Origin: Eledone cirrhosa
Lineage: Eukaryota
Direction: 5' to 3'
DNA: 64,000 bases
NCBI GenBank assembly: GCA_964016885.1
Contig: OZ024740.1
Coordinates: 141,918,001-141,982,000 of the forward strand
A program made the translations under genes and the position numbers. Position 1 is the first letter of the stretch. Each line of letters opens with the position of its first letter. The notes beneath the pieces are model-generated. The model was not told where the DNA came from and did not search any database. It saw only the letters and a list, made by a program, of their open reading frames with translations. Shown here piece by piece: positions 37,096 to 50,429 of this stretch.

Positions 37096-37304
37096 TTAAA
37101 AAAATATTGACTTTTCAACAAGAAAAAACTTTTTTTTTAACTATTTCGCCTAAAGGCGTAGAATATTTTGAGAGACTGACCAGATCAAAGTTTGACCTGG
37201 CAGTCCCTCTACAAAATGGTACAAAAATTAAAGTTATCAGACAAGAATTTCTATAGAAATTTAAACAGAACTTACTCAGCAAGTTATACGCGTGTGTCCA
37301 TCCC

Positions 37305-37305
<1 letters not shown>

Positions 37306-37389
<84 letters not shown>

Positions 37390-37420
37390 GATACATAGAT
37401 AGATAAATAGATACATAGAT
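37306..37420. repeat. (GATA)n flanking the 5' end of element A
   Basis: Seen directly. Confidence 0.97.
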
Positions 37421-38659
37421 GGTAAAGTCATATATAGTAAGTATATTTGAAGGTCGAAGAGTACTCAATCTGTGTAAAGAGTTTGTAATATAATCATTTA
37501 TTACTCTATTACAAGAAGGTCATATTGTTAACGATTCTTTCACTAAGAATTTCCATTTGCAAAACGTTTTTATTGATATATCTAAGCTTGTGGTATGGAT
37601 ACTGTGCATGGGAACTTAATCGAGATGAATCTGAAGATCCGAGAAGTATATCTCTTAGTGAAACAACTGTAAGGAAAACGTTTTCCTTGAAGTATGTATG
37701 TATGTATGTATGTATGCGCGTGTGCGTGTGTATGTATGTTTGTGCGCGCATGTGTCTGTATGTGTGTGTTTGCTTTTTCCTCTTCTCTATTATCTTTTAC
37801 CGGCTGCAACTCTTGGCAGAAAGTGCAGGATTACAATTCAGAGTGCACAGGTTCTGATCACTTAATGTAAATCGTTCTGTTCACTAATCAACCGGGCCCT
37901 GGAGTGGCAATTTATTTATAGACTCCTGTAGGATGAAAGGCTAAGTTGACTTCCGGAAGCCAGAATAAATACCATGGTATTTAATCCAACACCTAAACGA
38001 CTATGTCATAAAAATACATAAACACTGCGTAATACTTGAATTAAAATCCGCGTCTGTTAGAAACCCATGAAGTTAGAACGAAAATATATCAAGCTGTCTA
38101 CACAGGATATATTCCAAAATTACATGCTTTTATGTAATATACGAGTTTCAGCTGAGAAGCCAACCACCAATCTAGATCATTTAATAAAGTATACACGATG
38201 GAGACAGCTAAAATATAAGATCACGTTACACCCGCAAACAAAGAAATAAATAAACAAGAATATAAGGGGTGAAATGTGCTTCTTATGATGTAAATAGATT
38301 AGAATCTTTCTGAATAGCTGTCGCGAATTAACCCATCATATATATCCCACCCACGGACTTGCTGTCAAATATGATGACCGTTTAAGTGTGCAAATGACTG
38401 ACTCATGCTATTATTTATTTACTCGTTATATTTATCTATATTTGTGTGCGAACGTGTGTGTATGTGTGTGTGTGTGTGTGAGAGAGAGTACTTGTGTATA
38501 CACATGTGTTTGTGCATGTGGATATGTGCAATGCTAGTGCACATAAATTCCTTCGTGCATGTGTTCGTCGTTATAATTAGAATGAGCCACATTACTCCAT
38601 TATTTCAAGCATACATACACACAGGCACACACACGCGCACACAAATATATATGTACGTG

Positions 38660-38690
<31 letters not shown>

Positions 38691-38712
38691 CTGTGTGCGT
38701 GTATAAACATAC

Positions 38713-38774
<62 letters not shown>

Positions 38775-38786
38775 CTCTCCCCCTCC

Positions 38787-38826
<40 letters not shown>

Positions 38827-39264
38827 ATATATATATATATATATATGCATGTATTTATATGTATGACAGTTTTTCTTGTAAGCTGCAATAAAATATCACA
38901 TCAATCATAGGAGGTATTTGGCAGTCAGTAAATAATTTCAACGAAAATTCTAGATTTGCAATGACAATTTATAAATTTATGTGAAATAACTTTATAAAAC
39001 CTTCACTTTCAATGAATAAATGTAATAAATTCTTACTTGTATATATTTGTATATATTCATAAAAAACCCCGCACAAACATACATACATGTACGAATATAT
39101 GTGAATGTTTGCGCGCGCGCGCGCGCGTGTGTTTGTGAGTGTGTGTGTGTAGTGGCAGAGTAAATCTTATATATTCTTACACGTATTAAATATTTTTCTA
39201 TCGTGTTCGACATTTAAATGCATATACATACATATATGCATGTATACATGCACGTATTGGCTCA

Positions 39265-39429
<165 letters not shown>

Positions 39430-39706
39430 ATATATATATATATATATATATACGTGCGTATACATGTATGTATGTATGTATTTATTTATGTTTGCATATT
39501 CAGAAAGGAATCCAAGTCCTTCGCATAAATAAAACGTCATATTCGTGCCACTCATGCATGAGAAAAAGATCAAGCGAAGGCAAATACCAAAATAGAAATG
39601 CAGCCATTATGTATATATATATATATGTATGCATTCCTGCAACTTGGATATAATAAAACTAAAATACGAAATTATATTTTGCAAAGGATGACTGACTATG
39701 AAGATA

Positions 39707-39765
39707 GAGGCTATTGTCTGATGATGCTGTCAGAACACAGGTGAAACTCCAGAGTAACAAGACTC
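39707..39765 (+). ncRNA. Type I hammerhead ribozyme motif
   Basis: TTGT-CTGATGA-T-GCTGT cagaac ACAGG-T-GAAA-CTC ca GAG-TA|ACAA: stems I, II, III and a GUA cleavage triplet. Confidence 0.6.
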
Positions 39766-39898
39766 ATCACTTAGCATAATAAAGGGTATTTAACACTTAG
39801 TTTTGAGTGCTCATTCTCTCGTCCGTCAAAATCACATGGATACATACACACACACAACGCATACACACACACATACACACACATACACACACATACAT

Positions 39899-39940
<42 letters not shown>

Positions 39941-39959
39941 AGAGAGAGAGAGAGAGAGG

Positions 39960-39991
<32 letters not shown>

Positions 39992-40761
39992 TAGAGATGT
40001 AAAATACCGACCGCGGCACCATTGAGTACTTACATGATTATTGTTCTCCATGATCTCAGCACGACAGACCTTTCTCTCTCTCTCTCTATATATATGTAGA
40101 GGTTATATTTAATTTGTTGGGATACAAGCAAATATTTTTATAACTGATATAAAGCACTCAACAAATTTTTGGAGTAAAAATACGATATATTAACAAATGG
40201 AAACTATATTTATAAAACCATATTTATTTCAATATACATGTTTCAAGGACCCCAAAGCAAATTATGGTGCGCTTTCATCAGATAAAATATAATATAGATC
40301 AGTTTTATAAACAAATATTGACATACCCTTAAAGAATGCGACCATATCTGTTGGAAGCTCCCGGATAGTGGGGTTACTAATTTTATTATTGGTCTATTAT
40401 GCAAATTAGTGTCGGAGAGGTTTAAATCCCATACATTTAAATTAAGCCGTTGGAATAGGGAAAAAAAGTAAAGGAGAAAGAAAGAGCAAACCCAAAGAAG
40501 GAAAACAAAAGAAAAGAAAAGAAGAAAGAAGAAAGAGAAAGAGAAAGAGAAAGAGAGAAAACCCTAAGTGAGAGAGTGTTGTATTAATGTAGTTTTATGA
40601 AATGATGAAGCGAAAAGATAAATATATAGTTGGTGAGTTAGCGGGCATAGATAAATAAATAAATAGTAGTAACCGGAGAAATTTATCTAATGTTTAAATT
40701 TGATTAAATTATTGAGATCTATAAATTAAAAATTAAAATTGAGATCTATATTTTATTAAAA

Positions 40762-40800
<39 letters not shown>

Positions 40801-41148
40801 ATTCCTTTTCTTTTTCTTTTCTTTTGTTTTCCTCCTTTGGGTTTGCTCTTTCTTTCTCCTTTTTTTTTCCCCCTATTCCAACGGCTTAATTTAAATGTAT
40901 GGGATTTAAACCTCTCCGACACTAATTTGCATAATAGACCAATAATAAAATTAGTAACCCCACTATCCGGGAGCTTCCAACAGACATGGTCGCATTCTTT
41001 AAGGGTATGTCAATATTTGTTTATAAAACTGATCTATATTATATTTTATCTGATGAAAGCGCACCATAATTTGCTTTGGTATCCTTGAAATATGTATAAT
41101 GAAATAAATATGGTTTTATAAATATAGTTTCCATTTATTAATATATTG

Positions 41149-41180
<32 letters not shown>

Positions 41181-41316
41181 TGTGTGTGTGTGTGAGTATG
41201 TGTATGTGTGTGTGTATGCGTTGTGTGTGTGTATGTATGTATCCATGTGATTTTGACGGACGAGAGAATGAGCACTCAAAACTAAGTGTTAAATACCCTT
41301 TATTATGCTAAGTGAT

Positions 41317-41375
41317 GAGTCTTGTTACTCTGGAGTTTCACCTGTGTTCTGACAGGATCATCAGACAATAGCCTC
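41317..41375 (-). ncRNA. Type I hammerhead ribozyme motif (mirror copy, perfect CCTGT/ACAGG stem II)
   Basis: Same core as 39707-39765; the closing 10.1-11.1 pair is U.U (non-canonical). Confidence 0.62.
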
Positions 41376-41532
41376 TATCTTCATAGTGAGTCATCCGTTG
41401 CAAAATATAATTTCGTATTTTAGTTTTATTATATCCAAGTTGCAGGAATGCATACATATATACACACATATATATATATATAGGCAAAGAGTCAGGACCC
41501 CATATATGTACATATATATATATAGAGAGAGA

Positions 41533-41958
41533 GAATAAGAAAAAGCGAAGCAGTTTCAGATGTTAAAGTCCTTTAATGATAATGCTGTGATACATATTTC
41601 AATGACGACAGTGGCCACACAGTTCGGTGCGCCAGTGCCGTGACATCATCAGACAGCTTGTTACATAATAAGGTTATGTTTCCGAATTGAATCGGACCTC
41701 GCCTGCGCAGACCGGTGGGGGTGAATTGGGACTCACAAGGAAACGGGCGAAGAACCCAAGAGCACACGCTTTGTCCGATCCCATGTCGATTCAATTTGGA
41801 TTGTCTCGGAAACATAACCTTATTATGTAAGAAGCTGTCTGATGATGTCACGGCACTGGCGAACCGAACCGTGTGGCCACTATCGTCATTGAAATATGTA
41901 TCACAGCATTATCATTAAAGGACTTTAACATATGAAACTGCTTCGCTTTTTCTTATTC
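41533..41958. repeat. Fold-back element with about 160-bp inverted arms
   Basis: 41533-41695 is the reverse complement of 41785-41958; part of the arm recurs at 8550-8600. Confidence 0.9.
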
Positions 41959-42035
41959 GATATTTACTCCGTCACTCCTAAGTGGAAAAAGTACGTTGAG
42001 TGCTTGAATTGAATTGCATCAATGTTTACCTTAAG

Positions 42036-42091
<56 letters not shown>

Positions 42092-42094
42092 GGT

Positions 42095-42480
42095 TGCTCT
42101 CGAGTGGTACTGGTAACATGTAACCCAGTACAACCTGTCGCACGGTCGGGCCGTCGGCAACTAAACCGGCTACCCCACCAATCTTGCTTGGTGAGGAGGG
42201 AGATATTTGGACACCCTGAAATACAAAATCCGGCAAAGGGCGGAGGAACCAAGCAAAGTCAACGGCCATCCAAATAGTACTTCTTTTTTACCTGGAGTGA
42301 AAGGCCTCTAGTTGTTGTCACAACAACTTTCTAACCTGCAGCTTCGGAAGCATCCGATGATATTGACTAGTTCTCCTTTGCAGGTAGTGTTTTCCATGCT
42401 CAGAGAGTGGGATTGGTCGAGTGCAAGGCCTTTCCCCACTTTAAAAACCTTCAAAGCACAGGCACTGCTTGTTCAGGATC
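42095..42480 (+). mobile_element. Unclassified interspersed repeat (SINE-like or LINE 5'UTR-like), 5' part
   Basis: Collinear with the reverse complement of 55650-56070. Confidence 0.65.
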
Positions 42481-43392
42481 TGTAACAGGTTCGTGTGGCT
42501 GGCCGTATATATATAGTCCAGAAATATAGAGTCCAGAAACAGCCGTCGAAACGGCTTGAGCTCTGCCGTCGGGGTCATACTTTTTCCTATATATATATAT
42601 ATATATATATATAGTAATAATAATAAATTTGAAGACTAAAATCCAAAGAGGGCTCGATAAGGATAAATATATATCAAATATATAAGAACCGTAGAGCAAA
42701 TATTTATTAAAATAACAGATTAAATTTTAAGCAAAGAATCGCTGCTTTCACCCTTAACGGGATCTTCTGAAACTAACAAAGTCAATCTGTAAACGCAGAA
42801 CTGGATATTTCAAAAAACGTTGCAACCGGAGGAAGACAGGAAGACGATACTTTGGTTCGTGGAAACGCTGTATCTGTGTGCGCGTATATGTGTGTGTTTA
42901 GTCCCACTTACCAGTCAGTACCTCATAGATTCACTGATATGTTGAAGCGTTTTATTTATTCTTCTATGACACACCAGCCGTTTTCTTCAGGTCTTTATGC
43001 TCTTTTATCCTTATATTGGCTTGCTCTATTTCCTGTTGATTTTATCGATGCTCTTGTGGTTGAGATATAATAGTCTGTTATACTATATTTATTGGTTTAG
43101 CTATAATTGTTGAAATGTTGGGGGTGCAGGAGAAGACCGTTGCTTAGACGTTATGGTGTCTGGATCATAATTCGTTGAGCAAGGTCCTACATTTCAGTTA
43201 GAAAAAATGATTTGTACCTCTATTTCAAAGCGCCAGCCTTATCATACACTGTGTCAGATTGAATCTCCCTGAGAACTATGTTGAGACTGTACGTGTCTCT
43301 AGAATGCTCAGCCACTTGCTCGTTAATTTCTCGAGTAGGTTGTTCCGTTTTTAGAGAAAATTGAACACACCTCATCAGAACTGACATTGGTC

Positions 43393-43552
<160 letters not shown>

Positions 43553-44058
43553 TATTTGATGTTATATTGTTCTTTGTATTCTAAGTCGTAACAATTATTA
43601 TTCCTGTTGCTGTTCAGGCATTGTGTTAAATCTTTTGATAAAACAGAGACAAATTTAACTGAACAATGAGCTATACAAAATGGCGAACAGTGGAAATGGA
43701 AAACTAGGGAGAATGAAGCGGGCAATGATATGCTCTTTATGTTAGATGGTGGATTGGTAGGATCAATAAAGCAGCCCTTTAGGTTCCGAGATCGAAGCCC
43801 ATAATCTTCAACTTTACCTATAATCCTTCTGGAGACGATATAATAAATAACAGTACTGAGTTTGAGATAATCGCCTTTTCCTTCTTCCCAAACTGCTGGC
43901 CTTGTGCCTAAATTAGAAGCAATAATTACGTTAAATCTCATTTTCTGATTACTTCGATAAACTCTCTTGCTGCTCATCACTTTCTATCCCACTCCACACA
44001 CACACATCACACATACAATATATATTATATTATATTATGTTATATCACACACACACAC

Positions 44059-44109
<51 letters not shown>

Positions 44110-44338
44110 CGTATGTGTGTATGCATGTATGTATGTATGTATGTATGTATGTATGTATGTATGTATGTATATTTATCAGTATCTTGCTACACCATGGAAC
44201 AATAGTTCTCTCACCTCCTTAAAGATCGGCCGAAGGGATGCTCTCAAGAATCCTTAGATTTGCAATTCTGGACAGTCTCTTACAGCGATGTGGTTAGACA
44301 TTTAATGGGACTTTAAGTAGAAATCAATAAACTGAAGT

Positions 44339-44390
<52 letters not shown>

Positions 44391-44461
44391 GCTACTGCTC
44401 TTACTACTTCTAATAATAATACGCTAGTAGTAGTAGCAGCAGCAGCAGCAGTAGCAGAAGC

Positions 44462-44511
<50 letters not shown>

Positions 44512-44844
44512 CAGCAGCAGTAGCAGCAGTACTGGTGATGCTGCTCTTGCTATTTCTGCCGTCACTTTTCTTCTCTTTCTTCTTAATCACCTATTCCCCT
44601 CTTTTCTTCTTCTTCTTCTTCTTCTTCTTCTTCTTCTTCTTCTTCTTCTTCTTCTTCTTCTTCTTCTTCTTCTTCTTCTTCTTCTTCTTCTTCTTCTTCT
44701 CTGAGTTCAAATCCCGAGGTTAGCTTTGCCTTTCATCCTTACATGGACAATCAAATATAGCACCAGTAATGCACTAGGGTCGACTTTCTCCTTCCCCCAA
44801 AACTGTTGGCCTAGTACCTAAAGTAGAAGCCATTATTATTTTGT

Positions 44845-46170
44845 TGTTGAGTTACTCCAGACTTAGTACACATCGGTGGAGCAAGTCCATTGTTTTTTAA
44901 AATATTTTTGTTTGAATATTATAAATTGTTTTGTAGCTAAATCAATAATCTTCTTGGGAAGATGGTTAATTTCTCTATACCTGTAGCCCTTAGGAGCTAC
45001 ATTTTTGTTTCTTTTCACAAACACGCCCATTATTTAAACAAAAAAGCAGTCATGGCGCTCAAAAAAAATCCTCCCATGAATTGAACAGCGGGCTAACCAC
45101 AAAATGAAACAACCAAATTCCAACAATCAGTGATAGCCTCAGTAACATCGACAACGACGAAAATTCAGCAGCAGTACAACGGCAACGACAGCAATAGCAA
45201 CAGCAAAAATATTGACAACAACAACAACAACAACTACAACAATTACAACAACTACAACGACAACAACAGCAACAGAAGCAACATCAACAGCAGCAGCAAT
45301 GGTAACAACAACAACTCAACGCTGACAAATGATTACAGTGAATTCCCAACTTTAACACCATCGCCACCCACACATACAATGAATAAACTGAACACAACAA
45401 AAACACTAACGCAAACACTAACAACATCACTACCACCACCACCATCACCACTACCACAACCACACCCACAACCCCTACCACAACCAACTCTACAACAAAA
45501 ACTACAAAAATATAACAGAAACAAACGGCAAAAACAGCAGCAACACAGAATACAACACAAACGACAGCAGTGAACATCGAAACATTCGCAAGAATGGCTG
45601 CTAAAGCGACTCAAATGTAAAACTGGGACATTTTGGATACAGCCACTTGTTTAGCATGAGCAGCCATATTTCTCAAATTATACAAGAGTTGGGTTGGCAT
45701 TGCCGTCCTGCCCAACAACTGTCAATAAGACTCTAAATTATAATTGCATTTCGGCACAAACCAGACGGCCAGGAGCAGTACCTCCCACATGTATTTGAAA
45801 AATAACTTAAAACCATATGGCCGTACATTGCTAGGGCAAGGTAATTTGGTACTATTTCAGTGTTCTTCAAGAGCGAAGCCCTGGCAGTAAAAAACTCAGT
45901 GGTCCTTAGCCGGACCGACAAATTTATACTCAATCCGTCTTACTAGGGAGAAGGACCGTAAAGCTCAGGACTAGAAGAATCCCACCAGAGGTGGATATCT
46001 CGTGTATCCTAGCCTGCGTAGTCACTGGGGGAAAGCGACAGCATCTTCCAGATGATACGGACAAAGGAGGGAAAACTGGTCTGGGAGCAGTGTCGAGGAA
46101 CTCCTCCACATCAAACCTGAAAAGATCGAGAAGATGCCTGACCTTATTCTCTTGCTTGGTGGAATAGTAC
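44845..46170 (+). mobile_element. Tx1-clade LINE 5' remnant (element E): 5'UTR and decayed ORF1
   Basis: ATG at 45052 and an Asn-rich tract, then FGTISVFFKSEALA..GRRTVKL..RIPPEV..HIKPEKIEKMPDLIL. This is homologous to C ORF1 YGSVSVLFKSETLA..GRRTYKI..RIPAEV..MKPERVEKIPDYII. Confidence 0.82.
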
Positions 46171-46486
46171 TTGAGTGTATAGACCAGATAGAGATTGTCT
46201 GGGGAAGTGTGTTAATGAGGTGTAAAGTACATGTTCCCCAAATTGTGCACCCAAATTCTTTATATATACACCAACACATTATAACTTTAAATCAGTTTGA
46301 CAATCGCCACCGACGAATGCGAGAAAGTTCTCCAGAAAGTTAACTAGGATTTTAAGAAAACTTTCCACCGAAGTTAACAAAGGACTAATTAGTCGTACTT
46401 AGCAAAATTATAAAATTGTAAAATAAAATTGTCATAGAATATCAACTACAAGTGAAGTCATTCTTTTTCTTATATATATATATACA

Positions 46487-46611
<125 letters not shown>

Positions 46612-46689
46612 ATGATGTAGCCATTTCACCACAGAAATACATATCATGAGTAATTAATGAAGTCATGAAATCGATCCTTCGTGTATATA

Positions 46690-48280
46690 TATATAATATT
46701 ATTCAAAATATTAATAAATGAGAAATATTATCATAACCAAAGTATATATTTTATTATAACATATTTCAAGGTACAATGGTGTTTCAGTACGTTTTCATCA
46801 GATAAAATATATAAGAGATTGGTTATACGACATACCCCTAAGGTCTTGAATCTTCAATTCCTGTAGTGGCAGTAAGTTATTTCCCCAACACTCAACATTT
46901 ATATACAACAAATATTATGATAAATTTAGAGAAGAAGAAGACGTAAAGCAACTAAGAAATATAGAAGGGGAGTTGAAAGGGAGGATGTAGAGAGAAAATA
47001 AGGGAAATAAAGAAAAGAAGAGAAGGAAAAGGAAAGGATAAAGAAAAGGAGAGAATTAAAAAACCCGTTGTATTCAAATCCTAGACAGAAAATTCAAAAG
47101 TTATTTATCAATGAATGCCGCTTGTATTGGATTACGCTTTAATTAATTATAAGTTTATAATATATCTAGATTATTAGGCATAGATTAATTCCTACGGCAA
47201 TCGGATATTTAAGTTCATTACAAATTTATATGCTTAAATTAATTTAATTTAATTTAATTCATTCTAGATTATGACAATGTTTTATTATAAGGTAAGATAT
47301 TGTTATATATTCTATTTAGTATTATAATGCAACATTTAAACATTTTATCTTTAATGTTTATTAAATATCTATTAAATATGTATTAAAATGCATTAAAAAT
47401 ATATATATCCACACCAATATAATATATTTTGTTAATTTATCATCTAAATTAATTCAAAATTCCACTTTAGGTGAAACTTCGTTATTTTTTTAATATTTTC
47501 ATTTATTTTTTAAAATCTACATGTTGTTATATTTACTCTCCATAAACTTTATTTCACTCAATGAAGGATTATATTTATATTTACTTCAATACTTAATTAT
47601 TCTAATATATATAGTTTAAGTTTAATGATAGTCTATGTACTATTAAAATATTAAGTATTATTTATTAATCTATATTTTATATATATATATTTTTTTGCAA
47701 GCTAATATAATTTACGGACACTGTAAACAAAAGGAAGATAACTCTTTTACAATGCAAAAAAAAAATGTTTAACTTACAGGGAATATCTTCTCTCTCATCC
47801 AACGATTTTTTAAGTTCCTCAACATATCTAATCTATATATCTTAATTAATGTCTAATTAAATAGTGAATTATCCTAATCAATTCGTAGGTTAAAAAACTC
47901 TTAATGAGGTTATGCTATTACATATAAATATCTATAATTTTTACTTCAATTAAGAAAATCTACATATATTCAAGGTGTTATTTGTCCGTGTTTTTTTTTT
48001 GGAACTGGTACATTGCCTGGAAAGTCTTACCAATTTTATGATGACAAGAACTAAATAATTCATTCTTTTTGTTGATTAAATTGTCCTGGTTGGTGATTAT
48101 GTGAAGGATTCCCTCGTTGCAAAGATGGCAAAATTCTGAGATTGCAGAGTTCCGGTAGGGAATAGCATAACTTAATTTTCTCCAAGAGATGGAGTATTTA
48201 ATGTTATTGTCTTTTAATGACCATATTAATTGTGAAAGTGAAATTGAGAACAGAGTTAGCTGCAATGTACTCAACTCCAT
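46690..48280 (-). mobile_element. Penelope-like element 3' fragment: GIY-YIG C-terminus, AT-rich UTR, hammerhead-like motif
   Basis: 47978-48280 gives IWSLKD..YSISW..PY..CHLC.E..LINKKNELFSSCHH. The minus strand at 46745-46810 reads ATATTTTAT-CTGATGA..GTAC..GTAC..GAAA..ATAAAATAT; homologous to 40190-40330. Confidence 0.7.
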
Positions 48281-49546
48281 ATATCTCAGATGCTAGGCGA
48301 GGCCATTAACCATTACGCTAAGGAGTACCTGGCGACTGAATGCTCGCTTTTATAAGAATTTATGCTTGTAGCTAGAAGTGAACGCACACACACACACACA
48401 CACACTCACGCATACACGCATACACACTCGCGCATACACTCGCGCACACACTTGCACCCCCCACACATATATATATATATACACAGTAGTAGTCCTATCA
48501 CATCAGTCGACCGCTTGAGATACGTTGTTTCGATGCTTTAAGGTCAATATGCTGGCTCTATTTATTGCACACGGGACTGTAACAAAAAGGCAAAGGACAA
48601 GACAATAGTCTTAGCAACTATTTACAAATAATATATAGTTACTTGAATATATTTCGTTTTAGAAAAGAATGAGCGTTCGATATGTAAACATATATGTAAT
48701 TGTATACATTTAACTAATGACGTTAGCCAACGTTTAAGTTACTAATAGTTTCAAGGATGATCTGTTGCTGGCCCACACCTATAAATACTTAATTAGATAC
48801 GATGATGTGTGCCTGAAACTACCTCTTAGACATAGGACACTCGACTTAAATTGCAGTAATATTTATATATGCGTTTTTTTTCTCATTTAGTTTTTATGCG
48901 TTATTTCTGCTTACAATAGAGTATAAAACGCCATGAAGATATTTCATTTGGTATTTGATAATGTTCATGACTGCTTGTTTTAAGCAAATTACTTTCTGCG
49001 AGAAGCCAGCCTGATAGGCCACGCATGCACAAAAAGAAAACAAAAATAAACAAAAAAATTAACACACCCTCCAACGTGTACACACAAATATAAGACTCAG
49101 AGACATTCACGTGTATGCACCCATAATATAGACAGAAGTAATAATGCATACCTACCAATTTCACCTCATCGGCACACACACAACTGCACCCTTGTCACAC
49201 ATGGAATCTCCACCCCCGCCACTACTCCCGAATGCCGAACCACTTGCCTACCACCCTCAACCATCTTAGAAACTTTTTCTAAGCTCCGATGTGACTACCT
49301 GTTCCCTCCCCCCTCTCTCTTTCTCTCCGAACTCTGTATTTCCTGACGAAGACTTCCGTCCGAAGCGCCAAACCCTCCTCTACTTCCTAAATAGGATCCT
49401 AATAAGTCTTTGATTTTGCATCCTTGTGTTTGGCTCGTCATTTCTTCAACTATATATATGATTCTACTAACTTAGTATTTAGAATTCCCATACTAGATTG
49501 TACGAGCCATAAACAAATATTGTATCTGCAAAATTGAACACCCCTG

Positions 49547-49617
<71 letters not shown>

Positions 49618-50429
49618 CATACATACGCATGCATTCACACATTCCTTTCTCTATATAGATGTGTGTGAATGTATGTATGTGTGAATGCATGCATGTATGT
49701 ATGTATGTATGTATGTATGTATGTATGTATGTATGTATGTATGTATGTATGTATGTATGTATGTATTATGTATGTATGTATGTATGTATGTATGTATGTA
49801 TGTATGTGTGTGTGTATGTGTGTATGTATGTACGTATGTATATATATGCGTGTGTGTGTGTATGTATGTTTGTATGTTTGTATGTATGTATGTATGTATG
49901 CATTGTGAAGAAGATAGAGTGAGAAGAGAAATATAAGAACAGATAGATAAAAACTCAATTTTTCACTATATATTGGTATTAACACTAATCCGAGTCTTCA
50001 GGAGAGAAGATGTAAGATAGAGAGCAGTAGATAGTTAATCATTGTGAAATTCCGATAGTATTCTTGTTGATGCTGTTGTTAATGCCATAGTCTGCGTCGT
50101 TGTCTATGAAAGCATGAACTCACTGTGGTCGATAATGATCTCAGAGTTACTACCGTGAGACAGGAGGTATGAGGTATTAGCATGGTGCGACATGATGTGG
50201 CTGACATTAGATGGTGTGGCATAGTATATCATAGCGGGACAAGATAAAATTAATTTGATGAGAATTCCTATTTTTCTCGGTAAAGCTATTTTGCTATGGA
50301 ACGAGTCGCAGGTGGCGGATAGCGATACGACCACCAGATATGGTGATTAGTTGCTATAAAAACGGGCTTCTGTCGGACGAATAAACGGTATATTACTATT
50401 GGAGTAGATGTAATGGTTATCTCCCAAGA

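Larger units (their letters stand above)
31587..37306 (-). mobile_element. Full-length L1/Tx1-clade LINE element A (about 5.7 kb), most intact copy
   Basis: 5' TGGGATGGACAC directly after long (TATC)n; 3' AATAAAAGAAAT + (TATC)n; uninterrupted ORF2. Confidence 0.97.
39620..41460. repeat. Long inverted repeat (arms about 39620-40520 and 40800-41460) built of Penelope-like terminal sequences
   Basis: 39620-39850 is the near-exact reverse complement of 41230-41460, and 40185-40520 of 40800-41150. The left arm has an extra block near 39990-40185. Confidence 0.9.

Noticed and set aside
37210-37306. HDV-like ribozyme at the Tx1 5' end to release units from array read-through
   Set aside because: Could not fit the P1-P2-P3-P1.1 topology by eye; the region is AT-rich and fits an intron better.
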